DNA of 64,000 bases from an uncultured Actinomycetota bacterium (GCA_963747085.1 CAVVDX010000001.1:1804272-1868271), one strand, 5' to 3'; counted from the first letter of the stretch, positions 40,341 through 50,526 are shown. Program-made: numbers and translations. Notes: generated by a model from the letters alone, not told the origin.

Positions 40341-42187
40341 GGCGCTACCCCCGTCAGGCGGCGCCGAGCTCCGCGGCGGCCGGGGCCGCGGCGGCCGGGG
40401 CCGCGGCGGCGGGGGCGGGGGTGGCGGGGGCTGCGGCGGCCGGGACTGCTCTGCTCGCGCCGGCAACACAGAGCACCGCCCCTGCGACCGGCAAGGCGGC
40501 CACGGCAGGGTGCGCCGCCACACCAGGGCCATCGACCGCAGCAGGGCGCGCCGGCGCCGCGACAACGGGGCGCGCTGCAGCCGCCCTGGCAGCGGGCTGC
40601 CTCGTGGCGTGCTCCCTGCCGCCGCTCGGTTGGTGGCCGCTCGGCATCGCCGGCAGCGCGCTGCTCGCCTCGTCCCTGGCCGGCCGGCCACTCGGCTCGC
40701 GCGTCGTCACGGGGTTGCTCGCCGGGGTGGCCCAGATGGCCATCGGCCTCGCCTGGGCTGCCGAGTTCAGCGTCGCCGGCTACGCCGCGCTGGTGCTGCT
40801 GGAGGCGCTCTTCCTCGCCGCGGCGGCGGCCCTCGTGCCGCCAGGGCGGGGTCGCGTGCCGGCCTTCGCCGCAGCGCTCGTGCTCGCCGAGGCGGCACGC
40901 GACGCCACCCCCTTCGGCGGGATGCCGCTCGCCTCGGCGGCCCTCGGGCAGGCAGGAGGCCCGCTCGCCGGCCTCGCCCGAATCGGCGGGACCCTCGCCG
41001 TGGTCGGCGGCCTCGCCCTGCTCGGTGCCGCCATCGCTGAGATCGCGCCGTCGCTCGCCGCCGCACTCGGGCGCCGGGGGGCGCGACCGAGCACCGGGCA
41101 GCTGGGTATTGGCCTGCTCGCCTGCGCCGCGCTCGGTGTGGCGTGCTGCAGCGCGGCATTGTCCCCCTCCGGGGGACCGCCGTTGCGCCGGCTCGACGTG
41201 GCGGTCGTGCAAGGCGGCCGGCTGGCGCCGGCCAACGATCTCGCCGCCCCCGATCAGGTGCTCGCCGCCCAGCTGGTCGGCACCGACGACCTCTCGAAGC
41301 GCGTGCAGGTCGTGCTCTGGCCGGAGGACGTGGTGCAGCTCGACGGCCCGCTCCCCGGATCGGGGCCGGCCCGCGTGCTCGCCGCCACGGCGCGACGTCT
41401 CGGCGCGACGCTGCTCGCCGGGGTCACCGAGCCCGCGCCGGGTGGCCGGTTCCGCAACGAGCTCGCCGCCTTCGCCCCCTCGGGAAAGCTCGTCGCGACC
41501 GTCGAGAAGGCGCACCCGGTCCCCTTCGGCGAGTACGTTCCGCTGCGCAGCCTCTTCGCCCGCCTGGTGAACCTCTCCGCCGTGCCGCGCGACGCCGTCG
41601 CCGGGCGCAACAGCGGCGAGATCGCCGTTCCGGGGGCCCGCTTCGCCGTGCTCATCTCCTACGAGGCGTTCTTCACCGGACGGGGCCGCTCCGGAGTGCG
41701 GGCGGGGGGGCAAGCCGTGCTCGTCCCGACGAACACGGCGTCCTACGCCTCGAGCCAGATCCCCGCCGAAGAGCTCGCCGCCTCGCGTCTGCAGGCGATC
41801 GCCCTCGGACGCGACGTGCTGCAGGCCGCGACAGCGGGCTACAGCGCCTTGGTCTCGCCGAGTGGCGCGGTGATCGCTCGCTCGCCCCTCGGCGCGCCCG
41901 CAACGCTGCTCGTCGAGCTGCCGCTGCGCAGCGGCGCGACGCCCTACGAGCGGTGGGGTAGCGCTCCGCTGCTCGGCGCCGCAGCGCTCGCCCTCGCAGC
42001 GGCCTGGACGGTGGGTTTTGCCACGTCGGCGCGCACCAGCCCCGGCGGCGCCGGCGTCCCCGAGGGCTCGGGAGCTGCGGATCGGGGCCCGAGCGTGCCG
42101 CCTTCGACAGCAGAGAGCGTCGACGGGTCGCGGCCGGCGAAGGGCAGCGCGCCGGAGGGGATCCCCTCGGGGGCGGCGAGCGCCTGA
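40337..42187 (+). CDS. lnt: Apolipoprotein N-acyltransferase-like protein (membrane domain plus CN-hydrolase domain)
   Basis: ATG 40337 overlaps the hemY stop. There is a multi-TM N-terminal half. CN-hydrolase landmarks are VVLWPEDVV, VEKAHPVPFGEYVP and FAVLISYEAFF. The last shows Ser where the catalytic Cys is expected. Confidence 0.7.
   Translation: MRRYPRQAAPSSAAAGAAAAGAAAAGAGVAGAAAAGTALLAPATQSTAPATGKAATAGCAATPGPSTAAGRAGAATTGRAAAALAAGCLVACSLPPLGWWPLGIAGSALLASSLAGRPLGSRVVTGLLAGVAQMAIGLAWAAEFSVAGYAALVLLEALFLAAAAALVPPGRGRVPAFAAALVLAEAARDATPFGGMPLASAALGQAGGPLAGLARIGGTLAVVGGLALLGAAIAEIAPSLAAALGRRGARPSTGQLGIGLLACAALGVACCSAALSPSGGPPLRRLDVAVVQGGRLAPANDLAAPDQVLAAQLVGTDDLSKRVQVVLWPEDVVQLDGPLPGSGPARVLAATARRLGATLLAGVTEPAPGGRFRNELAAFAPSGKLVATVEKAHPVPFGEYVPLRSLFARLVNLSAVPRDAVAGRNSGEIAVPGARFAVLISYEAFFTGRGRSGVRAGGQAVLVPTNTASYASSQIPAEELAASRLQAIALGRDVLQAATAGYSALVSPSGAVIARSPLGAPATLLVELPLRSGATPYERWGSAPLLGAAALALAAAWTVGFATSARTSPGGAGVPEGSGAADRGPSVPPSTAESVDGSRPAKGSAPEGIPSGAASA
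40371..40415 (+). repeat. Three tandem 15-bp units (ccgcggcggccgggg) encoding an (AAAGA)n tract at the Lnt N-terminus
   Basis: Units at 40371-85 and 40386-400 are identical. The third, 40401-15, is slightly diverged. Confidence 0.8.
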
Positions 42188-42810
42188 GCTCCGGCGCCGT
42201 CGTCGAGGCCGCCGTCGTCGAGGAGTCCGTCGGCGCTGCTGTCGGCGCTGCCGAGGTCGGCGAGGCCCTCGGTCCGGTCGACGAAGAGCACCTTGTTGAA
42301 GAGGATGAACTTGCCGACCCAGATGACGCCGTAGGTGGCGAAGTTGGCTCCGAGGACGATCAGCGTCTCGACGGCGTGGCCGGCGTTGATGTGCTTGGCG
42401 AAGCGGTCGGCGGCTTGCACCGCCCAGGTGGACAGCACCAGGCCGATGAATGCGATCACCCAGAACGGGATCACCTCACGGGTGAGGTGCGACTTGCCGC
42501 TCTTGCCCCAGGCCCAGTTCCGGTTGAGGTAGTAGGACGGCAGCGTGGCGATCGTCGTGGCGAGCACGTTGGCCCACAGCACGCGCAGATGCGCGACGCG
42601 GAAGAAGAGGTACAACAGCACGAGCGTCGTGACGGTGGACACCACCGAGACCGCGCCGTAGCGCCACAGCTTGCCGAACTGCTCGGACCGGACGAACCGC
42701 TCGAGACGCGGCGGAAGGGCGCGACTCGAGAACACAGTTCCCGTGGGAGGCACCCACCAAGTGTACCGTCTGCCCGATGACCGGTCCGGTCGGCAGGCTG
42801 GCGTCGGCAC
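41944..42810 (-). CDS. GtrA-family membrane protein with an acidic/low-complexity C-terminal tail
   Basis: ..FGKLWRYGAVSVVSTVTTLVLLYLFF..LWANVLATTIATLPSYYLNRNWAWG..VIPFWVIAFIGLVLS..GANFATYGVIWVGKFILFNKVLF. The start is uncertain. The 3' 244 nt overlap lnt convergently. Confidence 0.65.
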   Translation of the reverse strand: MPTPACRPDRSSGRRYTWWVPPTGTVFSSRALPPRLERFVRSEQFGKLWRYGAVSVVSTVTTLVLLYLFFRVAHLRVLWANVLATTIATLPSYYLNRNWAWGKSGKSHLTREVIPFWVIAFIGLVLSTWAVQAADRFAKHINAGHAVETLIVLGANFATYGVIWVGKFILFNKVLFVDRTEGLADLGSADSSADGLLDDGGLDDGAGAQALAAPEGIPSGALPFAGRDPSTLSAVEGGTLGPRSAAPEPSGTPAPPGLVRADVAKPTVQAAARASAAAPSSGALPHRS

Positions 42811-43700
42811 TCGATCTCGAGCGCCTCGAGGACGATCTCTTCCGCTCGGCGACGGACCACTTCGAGGGTGGGCACGACCGCGTCTACGGCGGGCAGGTGG
42901 CCGCGCAGGCGCTCGTCGCCGCCGGGCGAACCGTCGCCCGCGGCGCCGTGCACTCGCTGCACTCCTACTTCCTGCGGCCGGGCGACCTCGCCGCGCCCAT
43001 CGTCTTCGCCGTCGACCGCATCCGCAACGGCCGCTCCTTCACGACCCGGCGCGTCGTGGCCATTCAGCACGGGGAGGCGATCTTCAACCTGCAGTGCTCG
43101 TTCCACGTGGACGAGGCCGGCCCCGACCACGCCGAGCGGCCACCGTCCGTCCCGCCGCCCGAGGAGCTCGACGACGCCGCGGCGCTCGCTCCGGCCGCCG
43201 ATCAACGCGGGCTACGGCCGGAGCTGATGTCGGTGATCGACCTGCGCTACGTGAGCGAGGTGCCGTGGCGCCGAGAGGCCCCCGGCGTCGCGCAACGGCT
43301 CTGGGTGCGGGTCGACGAGCCGCTGGCGGACGACCAGTTGCTGCAGGCGGCGGCGATGGCGTTCCTCTCCGACCTGAGCCTGATCGACGCGACCCTGCAG
43401 CCGCTCGGCCTGTCCTTCACCATGCCGGGGTTCGCGGGGGCCAGCCTCGACCACTGCATGTGGTTCCACCGGCCGGCGCACGCCGACGAATGGCTGCTCT
43501 ACGACCAGCACAGCCCGAGCGCGACGCACGCGAGGGGACTCGCCCTCGGGTCGCTGTTCACTCGGGCCGGCGACCTTGCCGTCAGCGTCGCCCAGGAGGG
43601 GCTGATCCGCTACCGCAGCAGCGAGATGGCTGCTGGCGGCAGCGAGGGTGCCGCCGCCGGCCGGCTGCCTGCCCCGCCTCGGCACGGGGTAGAAGGCTGA
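42777..43700 (+). CDS. tesB: Acyl-CoA thioesterase II
   Basis: ..DLFRS....VYGGQVAAQALVAAGRTV..VHSLHSYFLRPGD..PIVFAVDRIRNGRSFTTRRVVAIQHGEAIFNLQCSFH..AFLSDLSL..SLDHCMWFHRP..DEWLLYDQHSPSATHARGLALG. Confidence 0.85.
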   Translation: MTGPVGRLASALDLERLEDDLFRSATDHFEGGHDRVYGGQVAAQALVAAGRTVARGAVHSLHSYFLRPGDLAAPIVFAVDRIRNGRSFTTRRVVAIQHGEAIFNLQCSFHVDEAGPDHAERPPSVPPPEELDDAAALAPAADQRGLRPELMSVIDLRYVSEVPWRREAPGVAQRLWVRVDEPLADDQLLQAAAMAFLSDLSLIDATLQPLGLSFTMPGFAGASLDHCMWFHRPAHADEWLLYDQHSPSATHARGLALGSLFTRAGDLAVSVAQEGLIRYRSSEMAAGGSEGAAAGRLPAPPRHGVEG

Positions 43701-43735
43701 CGAGCGTGGTCGCCGCGACCGACCTCGTCGCCCCG

Positions 43736-44017
43736 ATGAACGCCGTGGGCGTGCTGGCCACCTCGGTCGCCGCCGGCGAGGTGGTCTTCGGCGTGTTCGC
43801 CGTCCTCATGCTCGTGCTCGCCGGGTTCGTGATCCGCTTCGCCGTTCGTTCCAGCCGGCGGGCACGACGCGAGGCCGACGACGAGCGCCGGAGCGAAGCC
43901 GCCGACGAGCGCCGGCGTGAGGGCGTCAGTGAACGCCGGCGACAGGGCGCCGGCGACGGGACCGTCAGACCAGGCCGCCCCGGCGGCTCTCCACGATCAC
44001 CCCGATCACCGCGCTGA
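43736..44017 (+). CDS. Possible small membrane protein with an Arg/Glu-rich tail
   Basis: ATG 43736 gives MNAVGVLATSVAAGEVVFGVFAVLMLVLAGFVIRFAV followed by SSRRARREADDERRSEAADERRREG.. It overlaps the ctaF 3' end convergently and may be spurious. Confidence 0.25.
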   Translation: MNAVGVLATSVAAGEVVFGVFAVLMLVLAGFVIRFAVRSSRRARREADDERRSEAADERRREGVSERRRQGAGDGTVRPGRPGGSPRSPRSPR

Positions 44018-44357
44018 TCACCAGGCTGAAGCCGAACAGCGCCGTCCACAGGCCGAAGACGAAGGCGAGGCCGATCATCGCCACGCCGAGCCCGAGCACG
44101 AACGGCCACACGCTCGAGCTGGGGAAGGCGCCGACCACCCCGGCACCCTGCTCGAGGGTGCCGCCGGGGTCGTCCTCGGCGCGTGGGGTCATCCGCCGCG
44201 ACCACCAGAGGTAGTAGCCGCCGGGCAGCAGGCCGAGCAGGCACGCCCCGATGAGCATCACCGTGCCGGACTGCTCGTAGCTGAAGCCCCAGTAGATCGC
44301 TGCGACGACCCCGCAGAACACGGCGATGAACAGCAGGAACAGCGCCTCGACCCTCAT
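43965..44357 (-). CDS. ctaF: Cytochrome c oxidase subunit IV (actinobacterial CtaF)
   Basis: A 130-aa, four-TM protein, [61 protein letters not shown]. Its start overlaps the ctaD stop. Confidence 0.75.
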   Translation of the reverse strand: MRVEALFLLFIAVFCGVVAAIYWGFSYEQSGTVMLIGACLLGLLPGGYYLWWSRRMTPRAEDDPGGTLEQGAGVVGAFPSSSVWPFVLGLGVAMIGLAFVFGLWTALFGFSLVISAVIGVIVESRRGGLV

Positions 44358-46094
44358 TGCGATGCCTCCGGTGACGGGCTCATCGCCGACGAGCCGACAA
44401 GCGGCTCGAGCTGGCGCTCCGGGTGGTCAGGCGACGGGGCGCGGTGGTCGGGATGGTTGGCGTCCCAGACCGGCCGCTCCGAGCGGATCGGGGGCAGGTG
44501 GTCGAAGTTGTGGTGCGGGGGAGGCGAGGACGTCCCCCACTCGAGCGTTTGCGCGTCCCAGGGGTTGCCGCTCGCCGGCACCGGACGTCTCCAGGACACG
44601 AAGAAGTTGACGAGCATCACGAACACGGAGAGGAAGAGCATGTACGCCCCGGCCGTCGACATCCGGTTGAGCCCCGTCCAGCCGTTCACCGACGGATACT
44701 CGGCGATCCGCCGGGGCATGCCGTGCAAGCCGAGCAGGTACTGGGGCAGGAACGTGACCCAGAAGCCGACGAACATCAGCCAGAAGCTGAGCTTGCCGAG
44801 CCCTTCGTGCATCATCCGTCCCGTGATCTTCGGGTACCAGTAGTAGATCCCGGCGAAGCCGCCGAACACCGCCGAGCCGAACAGCACCTCGTGGAAGTGG
44901 GCGACGACGAAGTAGGTGTCGTGGGTGGCGAAGTCGAGCGGCGGGGCGGCGAGGATGATCCCGGTCACGCCGCCGAAGAGGAACACGACGAGGAAGCCGA
45001 TGGCGAACAGCATCGCCGTCGTGAACTCCAGCGTTCCCTGCCACATCGTGCCGATCCAGTTGAAGAACTTGATCCCGGTCGGCACGGCGATCAGGTAGGT
45101 CATGAAGCTGAAGAACGGCAGGAGGACGGCACCGGTGGTGAACATGTGGTGCGCCCAGACGCTGGTCGACAGGGCACCGATGGCGATCGTGGCGAAGATC
45201 ATGGTCCGGTAACCGAAGACCGGCTTCTTCGAGAAGACCGGGATGACCTCGGTGACGATGCCGAAGAAGGGCAGGGCGAGGATGTACACCTCGGGATGTC
45301 CGAAGAACCAGAAAAGGTTCTGCCACAGGATCGGGACCCCGCCTCCCTTCACCTCGTAGATGTGCGAGCCGATGTGCCGGTCGCACCACAGCATCACCAG
45401 CGCCGAGGTGAGCACCGGGAAGGCGACGAGGATGAGGATGGCGGTGACGACCATGTTCCAGGTGAAGATCGGCACCCGGAACATCGTCATGCCCGGGGCG
45501 CGCAGGTAGAAGACCGTCGTGATGATGTTCACGCCGGTGAAGATCGCCGAGAAACCGGTCAGCACGAGCGCGACGATCCACATGTCCGGCCCGGCTCCGG
45601 GCGAGTTGACGGCGTTGGAGAGCGGGGCGTAGGCGACCCAGCCGAAGTCCGCCGCCCCGCCGACGGCGAGGAAGCCCGAGACCATCGTCAGCCCGCCACC
45701 GAGGTACAGCCAGTAGGAGAAGGCGTTCAGGCGCGGGAAGGCCATGTCGGGGGCGCCGACCTGCAACGGCACGATGTAGTTGGCCAGCCCGCCGAAGGCG
45801 AACGGCCCGGCGAAGAGGTACAGCATCAGGCTGCCGTGCATCGTGAACAGCTCGTTGTACATGTGCTCGGTGACGATGGTGTTGTCCGGCGAGGTCGAGC
45901 TGGGTGCGCATGATCATCGCCATCAGCCCCGCCGCGCAGAAGAAGAAGAACGAGGTGATGAGGTAGCTCTTGCCGATCACCTTGTGGTCGGTCGAGGTGA
46001 CCCACTTGACCAGGCCGGAGGGCCCGTGCTCGGCGTGCACCTCGGCGTGGGCGCCGGGCGTCGCGTAGGCGGGGCGCCCTGCAACGACCGTCAT
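44354..46094 (-). CDS. ctaD: Cytochrome c oxidase subunit I; one frame break near ~45880
   Basis: The N-terminus [44 protein letters not shown] (ORF 44427-46094) continues in ORF 44354-45862: ..[83 protein letters not shown].. Confidence 0.9.
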
Positions 46095-46119
46095 CGGCTC
46101 CTCCTCGATCCTGTCACGG

Positions 46120-46950
46120 CTAGGCCTGCTTGGCCTGCTCGGTGCTCAGCCACGTATCGAACTGGGCGGGGCTCACGACCCGCACGCTGAAGAGCATCTC
46201 GGAGTGGTACAGGCCGCAGTACTGAGTGCACTGGCCGCGGAACACCCCGCCCACGGTCGGGGTGAAGTCGAAGTTGTTGACGATCCCGGACTGGGCGTAG
46301 CGGCTGAAGTTGAACTCCGGCACGTAGAAGCCGTGGATCACGTCGTTGGTGGTGAGCACGATGCGCACCGTCTCGCCCTTCGGCAGCACCATCTGCGGGT
46401 ACAGCTTCGACGTCGCCGGGTGGGCGAGCAGCGTCGGCTGCGCCGAGGTCTGGATCGCCACGCCCTGGGAGCGTCCCTCGCCGTTGAAGTAGGTGAACTG
46501 CCAGCCCCAGCGGTAGGCGAGGACGTGCACGACCTCGCCAGGGTGCGGCGATACGGCGTCGACCTCGTTCTCGGTGACGACGGTGAAGTAGAAGAGCACG
46601 AAGACGATGATCAGCGGGAGCGTCGTGTAGACGATCTCGAGCCGGTGGTTGGTGTTGAATTGGCGGGGGATCCCGTCGTTGCCGCGGCGGCGCCGGTAGC
46701 GGATCACCGACCAGAAGATCAGACCCCAGACGATCACCGCGACGACGAGGCCGGCGATCGCCGTGCCGAACCACAGCTTGAACTCGTCGTGCCCCTGCGT
46801 GGTCGCGCCGCGGAAGGCGCCGAAAGTCGGGACGTTGCACCCGCCGAGGAGGACCGCGCCGGCGAGGATGACGACCGGGACGGCGAGACGGCGCCATAGG
46901 CGCCGGCCGACTGCGGGGCGTGGCAGCTCGCTGGCGGCGGAGTCGGTCAC
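46120..46950 (-). CDS. ctaC: Cytochrome c oxidase subunit II (lipoprotein)
   Basis: GTG 46950. Lipobox: ILAGAVLLGGC. CuA site: VIHGFYVPEFN..GQCTQYCGLYHSEM. Confidence 0.85.
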   Translation of the reverse strand: MTDSAASELPRPAVGRRLWRRLAVPVVILAGAVLLGGCNVPTFGAFRGATTQGHDEFKLWFGTAIAGLVVAVIVWGLIFWSVIRYRRRRGNDGIPRQFNTNHRLEIVYTTLPLIIVFVLFYFTVVTENEVDAVSPHPGEVVHVLAYRWGWQFTYFNGEGRSQGVAIQTSAQPTLLAHPATSKLYPQMVLPKGETVRIVLTTNDVIHGFYVPEFNFSRYAQSGIVNNFDFTPTVGGVFRGQCTQYCGLYHSEMLFSVRVVSPAQFDTWLSTEQAKQA

Positions 46951-46997
46951 CCCCGGCACATTAGTGAGCAAGTCGGGCGGCGGGCCAACCAGCCGGC

Positions 46998-47927
46998 TCA
47001 GCGCTCGGCGGGTGGCCGTCCCGAGGCAGGTGCGCTGGCCTCTCTCGAACGCGCCAGCGCCTTGCGCTCGCGATTGACCTTGCGGGCGACGCCGGTGATC
47101 AGCCCGAGCTGGAAGGCGCCGCGATGAGCGGCGCGCGCGGCCACCGGCGCGAGGTGGGACGCAACGGCGGAGGCAGCGGCGGCCGAGTTGCGTGCCGCCG
47201 AGGCCAGCTCGACCGCGGTCGAGGAGACCGAGCCGGTCGATGACGCGACGACCCGGCCGCCGGCGGACGGCCGGGCAGGGGAAGCTGCGGTGGACGCGCC
47301 CGGCATCTCCCTGACCGACGCACCGCCGCTCACTCCGGGGACCCACGCCGTGGCGCCGGCCGCGTCGGCGACGGACATGCCCTCGCTCGGGCGGGGCGCC
47401 GACGCGGCGCCGGCGGGCCGCTGGCGAGGTGGGGCGGGGGCATACGAAGTGCCTCGTTCGATGCGCAGCAGCACGAGGGCGATGAGCTCGGCGATGGCGA
47501 TCGCGACGGCGTCGGGATGGCGCAGCGAGACGAGCGGGGAGAGCACGAGCAGTGCGATCACGACGAGATCGAGGGCGTGGTGCACGCGCCGTCCGATCAC
47601 GTGCAGCGCACCGAGGGGACCGTCGGTGAGCGAGGCGAGCACCATCAGCGCGATCCCGGTGCCGATGAGCAGCAGCGTTGCCCGGCCGCTGACGCGCACG
47701 CCGGCGGCGACAAGCGCCGCTGCGAGGGCGTACTCGGCGATCTGGTGCCCGAGGAACCCGACCCGGCGGCGAACTCCGCCGGTCGCCCGCGCCGGTTGGA
47801 CGGCGGGCGCCGCCGGCGCGGCTCCGAGCGGCGCGCCGACCAACCCGGCCGAGCCGGGCAGGACGTCCGAGCCGGGATCCCGGGAGCCGGCGGGCTGCCC
47901 CGCGCGGCGGCCCGAGCTACCGGTCAC
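46998..47927 (-). CDS. Hypothetical membrane protein with an Ala/Ser-rich C-terminal half
   Basis: TM-like core: ..HQIAEYALAAALVAAGVRV..LLLIGTGIALMVLASLTDGPLGAL..ALDLVVIALLVLSPLV..AIAIAELIALVLLRIE. No family recognised. Confidence 0.4.
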   Translation of the reverse strand: MTGSSGRRAGQPAGSRDPGSDVLPGSAGLVGAPLGAAPAAPAVQPARATGGVRRRVGFLGHQIAEYALAAALVAAGVRVSGRATLLLIGTGIALMVLASLTDGPLGALHVIGRRVHHALDLVVIALLVLSPLVSLRHPDAVAIAIAELIALVLLRIERGTSYAPAPPRQRPAGAASAPRPSEGMSVADAAGATAWVPGVSGGASVREMPGASTAASPARPSAGGRVVASSTGSVSSTAVELASAARNSAAAASAVASHLAPVAARAAHRGAFQLGLITGVARKVNRERKALARSREASAPASGRPPAER

Positions 47928-47930
47928 GGA

Positions 47931-48137
47931 TCAGCTCGCCGTGGTGTCCTTGGCGACGTCGGTCGACTTCGCCGCGTCCGCCTCGGCGTCGCCCTCGCTG
48001 AGACCCTTGCGGAACTCGTGGGACGCGCTGCCGAGGCCGCGAGCCAGCTTCGGCAGCTTGGAGCCGCCGAAGAGCAGGATCACGACGCCGACAGCAATGA
48101 CGATCAGGATGTCGGGGCCGATGATGTCTGCGAGCAC
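47931..48137 (-). CDS. tatA: Sec-independent (Tat) translocase subunit TatA/E
   Basis: GTG 48137 lies 4 nt after GAGAGGAGGGG. Reads VLADIIGPDILIVIAVGVVILLFGGSKLPKLARGLGSASHEFRKGL.., a TM followed by an amphipathic helix. Confidence 0.75.
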   Translation of the reverse strand: MLADIIGPDILIVIAVGVVILLFGGSKLPKLARGLGSASHEFRKGLSEGDAEADAAKSTDVAKDTTAS

Positions 48138-49252
48138 GTTGCCCCTCCTCTCACCCAATGGTGTTTCACGGATGCCGGCTCACACCAGCAGGTCTGGCAC
48201 CAGTGTAGCCGTGCTTTCGACAACGGTACTTCGGAGCTGAGGCGTCGTCGGATCACGAGGGCGTGGGCGCCACGGCGGTCCCGTCGCCCGCCGATGCGGC
48301 CAGACGCATCGCCCGGCGCTCGGACCGGCCCCCGCCGGCCTCGCGCGCGATCGGGCGAGTACTTCTGGGTCATGCGCACGACGAAGCGCGCCGCCATGAT
48401 CAGCGCCAGCACCATCGCGACGAGTATCAGCGCCGAGTCGTGCGCCAACGCCTGGGCGGAGGCCTCGGGGATCTGCCCGTAGGTCCAGGTGGCGTACGTG
48501 AGGAAGGGCATCTGGCTCGTCGCGGCCGGGCCGATGAAGGAACCGTTCCAGTCGCCGCTGTTCGTTCCGGCGGTGTAGAGCAGCGGCGCCGTCTCGCCGA
48601 TCGAGATCGCCAGGGCCAAGATGACGCCGGTGGCGATCCCCGGGATCGCCGCACGGAGCACGATCCAGCCCATCACCTGGGTGCGGCGCATGCCGAGCGC
48701 CTCGGCGCCCTCGCGGTACCCGAGGGGCACCTGGCTGAGGGCGAGGTCGGTGGCCTTGGCGATGTACGGCACGACGAGCACCGAGAGGGTGATCAGCGCC
48801 GGGAGCAGCGAGAAGCCCCAGTGCAGCTCGTAGACGAGCGCCAGGTAGCCCACGTAGCCGAGCACGATCGAGGGGATGCCCGACAGCACCTCCGAGGCGC
48901 TGCGCAGGAGCGAGCGCAGGGGACCGGGCTTGGAGACCTCGGCGAGGTAGATCCCGGTGCCGATGCCGACCACGCCGGCGAGGATCGCCACGCCGACCAT
49001 CATCACCAAGGTTCCCTCGATGGCGTTGAGCAACCCGGCGTAGTCGGAGCCCTCGGCGTGGGTGAAGATGCTCCACTTCCACCCGCTCGCCGCGTTGGCG
49101 ACCACCGAGACGAGGATCCAGACGACCGGGATGGCGACGAAGAGGAAGCCGAGCCCGGTCAGCGCCCAGAAGACCCCGTTGCGGGCCCGTCGGGACGACG
49201 AGACCGTCGACCCCGGGCCGGAGGGGGTCGCCGCGATCGTGCCGGCGGCCAT
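48104..49252 (-). CDS. pstA: Phosphate ABC transporter permease PstA (3' end doubtful)
   Basis: ..REGAEALGMRRTQVMGWIVLRAAIPGIATGVILALAISIGETAPLLYTAG.. After ..VRMTQKYSPD the tail turns Arg-rich and runs into tatA. An undetected frame break with an earlier true stop is likely. Confidence 0.8.
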   Translation of the reverse strand: MAAGTIAATPSGPGSTVSSSRRARNGVFWALTGLGFLFVAIPVVWILVSVVANAASGWKWSIFTHAEGSDYAGLLNAIEGTLVMMVGVAILAGVVGIGTGIYLAEVSKPGPLRSLLRSASEVLSGIPSIVLGYVGYLALVYELHWGFSLLPALITLSVLVVPYIAKATDLALSQVPLGYREGAEALGMRRTQVMGWIVLRAAIPGIATGVILALAISIGETAPLLYTAGTNSGDWNGSFIGPAATSQMPFLTYATWTYGQIPEASAQALAHDSALILVAMVLALIMAARFVVRMTQKYSPDRARGRRGPVRAPGDASGRIGGRRDRRGAHALVIRRRLSSEVPLSKARLHWCQTCWCEPASVKHHWVRGGATCSQTSSAPTS

Positions 49253-50526
49253 CAGAAGCCTGCCCCGACGGGCAGCGCCGCGCCGGCGGCCGAGCGGCGG
49301 ACGATCAGCCGCGCCAGGATGTTGACGACCAGGGTGATGGCGAAGAGGACGAGCGCCGCCTCCGCCAGGCTGTAGACCTCGAGGTGGGTCGGATCGCCGA
49401 GCGCGCTGTCGAGCTGCTCGACGATCGTCGTCGCGATCGTCCCCATCGTGCCGTAGATGTTGGTGGCGAAATTGAGCCCGCTGCCCGTGATGAGGGCGAC
49501 GGCGATCGTCTCGCCGAGCGCCCGGCCGAGCCCGAGCACCGCGGCGCCGACGATCCCGGTGCGCACCCAGCGCGCCTGGACCGTCATGAACGACTCGGAG
49601 TCGGTCATCCCGAGCGCCACGGCACCCTCCTTGGTGCCGGTCGGGACCTGCCTCAGCAGGTCACGGGTGGTCGCAGCGATGATCGGCACGATCATCGCGG
49701 CGAGCACGAGGCCCGCAGTGAGCAGCCCCTCGCCCGTGCCGACCGGCCCGGCGAAGGGGCCGCCGAGGTGGGTGAGCGCCGGGTAGATGTTCTTGGCGAG
49801 CCACGGCCCGAACGTGAACAGCCCCCACAGGCCGATCACCACGCTCGGCACGCCGGCGAGCACCTCGAGCACGAGCCCGCCGATCGAGGCGAAACGGGGC
49901 GGGACCTTCTCGACGAGCATCACCGCCGCGCCGACGGCGATCGGCAGGCCGACGATCAGCGCGATCCCGGAGGTCTCGAGGGTGCCGACGGTGATCGCCA
50001 CCACGCCGTACTTCGCCCCGATGGGGTGGAGCACACCGCCGGCGGTGCTGACCCCGCCGTAGCTCGAGCCGACGTTCCAGGTGCTGCTCGTGAAGAACCC
50101 GATGCCGTTGTAACGGATGGCCGGTATGGCCTCGTAGATCAGCACGCCGAGGATGCCGAGCAGCGCCGCGAAGGGCAGGATGGCGAGGACCCTGGTGGTC
50201 CAGTCCAAGGCGCGCCCGTTGCCGCGCAGGAAGACCGAGCTGCCGCCTCCGCCGTCCGCGGGTGGAGCAGGCGCGGCGGCGGTCGTCGCGAGAACGGTCC
50301 CCATCGGCCCGGCGGCCGTCGGTGTCGCGACGGCTGGCGGTGTCACGAGTGAGCCGAAGTGCTCGAGGCTGGGCTCCTCCGACGCCACGGCGTCGGGGAC
50401 ACCCGAGCCCGCCGCTGGCCCGGTGTCGGGGATCGACCCCGCCGGCACCCACCCCTCGTTCGGCTGCTGGTCGTCGGAGCTCACGACCGACTCTCCTGTC
50501 TGGGCACGGCGGAACTGTCTCGGCAC
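49252..50526 (-). CDS. pstC: Phosphate ABC transporter permease PstC
   Basis: ..KEGAVALGMTDSESFMTVQARWVRTGIVGAAVLGLGRALGETIAVALI.. The start is uncertain because the annotated GTG lies inside a 19-bp tandem duplication. Confidence 0.85.
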   Translation of the reverse strand: MPRQFRRAQTGESVVSSDDQQPNEGWVPAGSIPDTGPAAGSGVPDAVASEEPSLEHFGSLVTPPAVATPTAAGPMGTVLATTAAAPAPPADGGGGSSVFLRGNGRALDWTTRVLAILPFAALLGILGVLIYEAIPAIRYNGIGFFTSSTWNVGSSYGGVSTAGGVLHPIGAKYGVVAITVGTLETSGIALIVGLPIAVGAAVMLVEKVPPRFASIGGLVLEVLAGVPSVVIGLWGLFTFGPWLAKNIYPALTHLGGPFAGPVGTGEGLLTAGLVLAAMIVPIIAATTRDLLRQVPTGTKEGAVALGMTDSESFMTVQARWVRTGIVGAAVLGLGRALGETIAVALITGSGLNFATNIYGTMGTIATTIVEQLDSALGDPTHLEVYSLAEAALVLFAITLVVNILARLIVRRSAAGAALPVGAGF

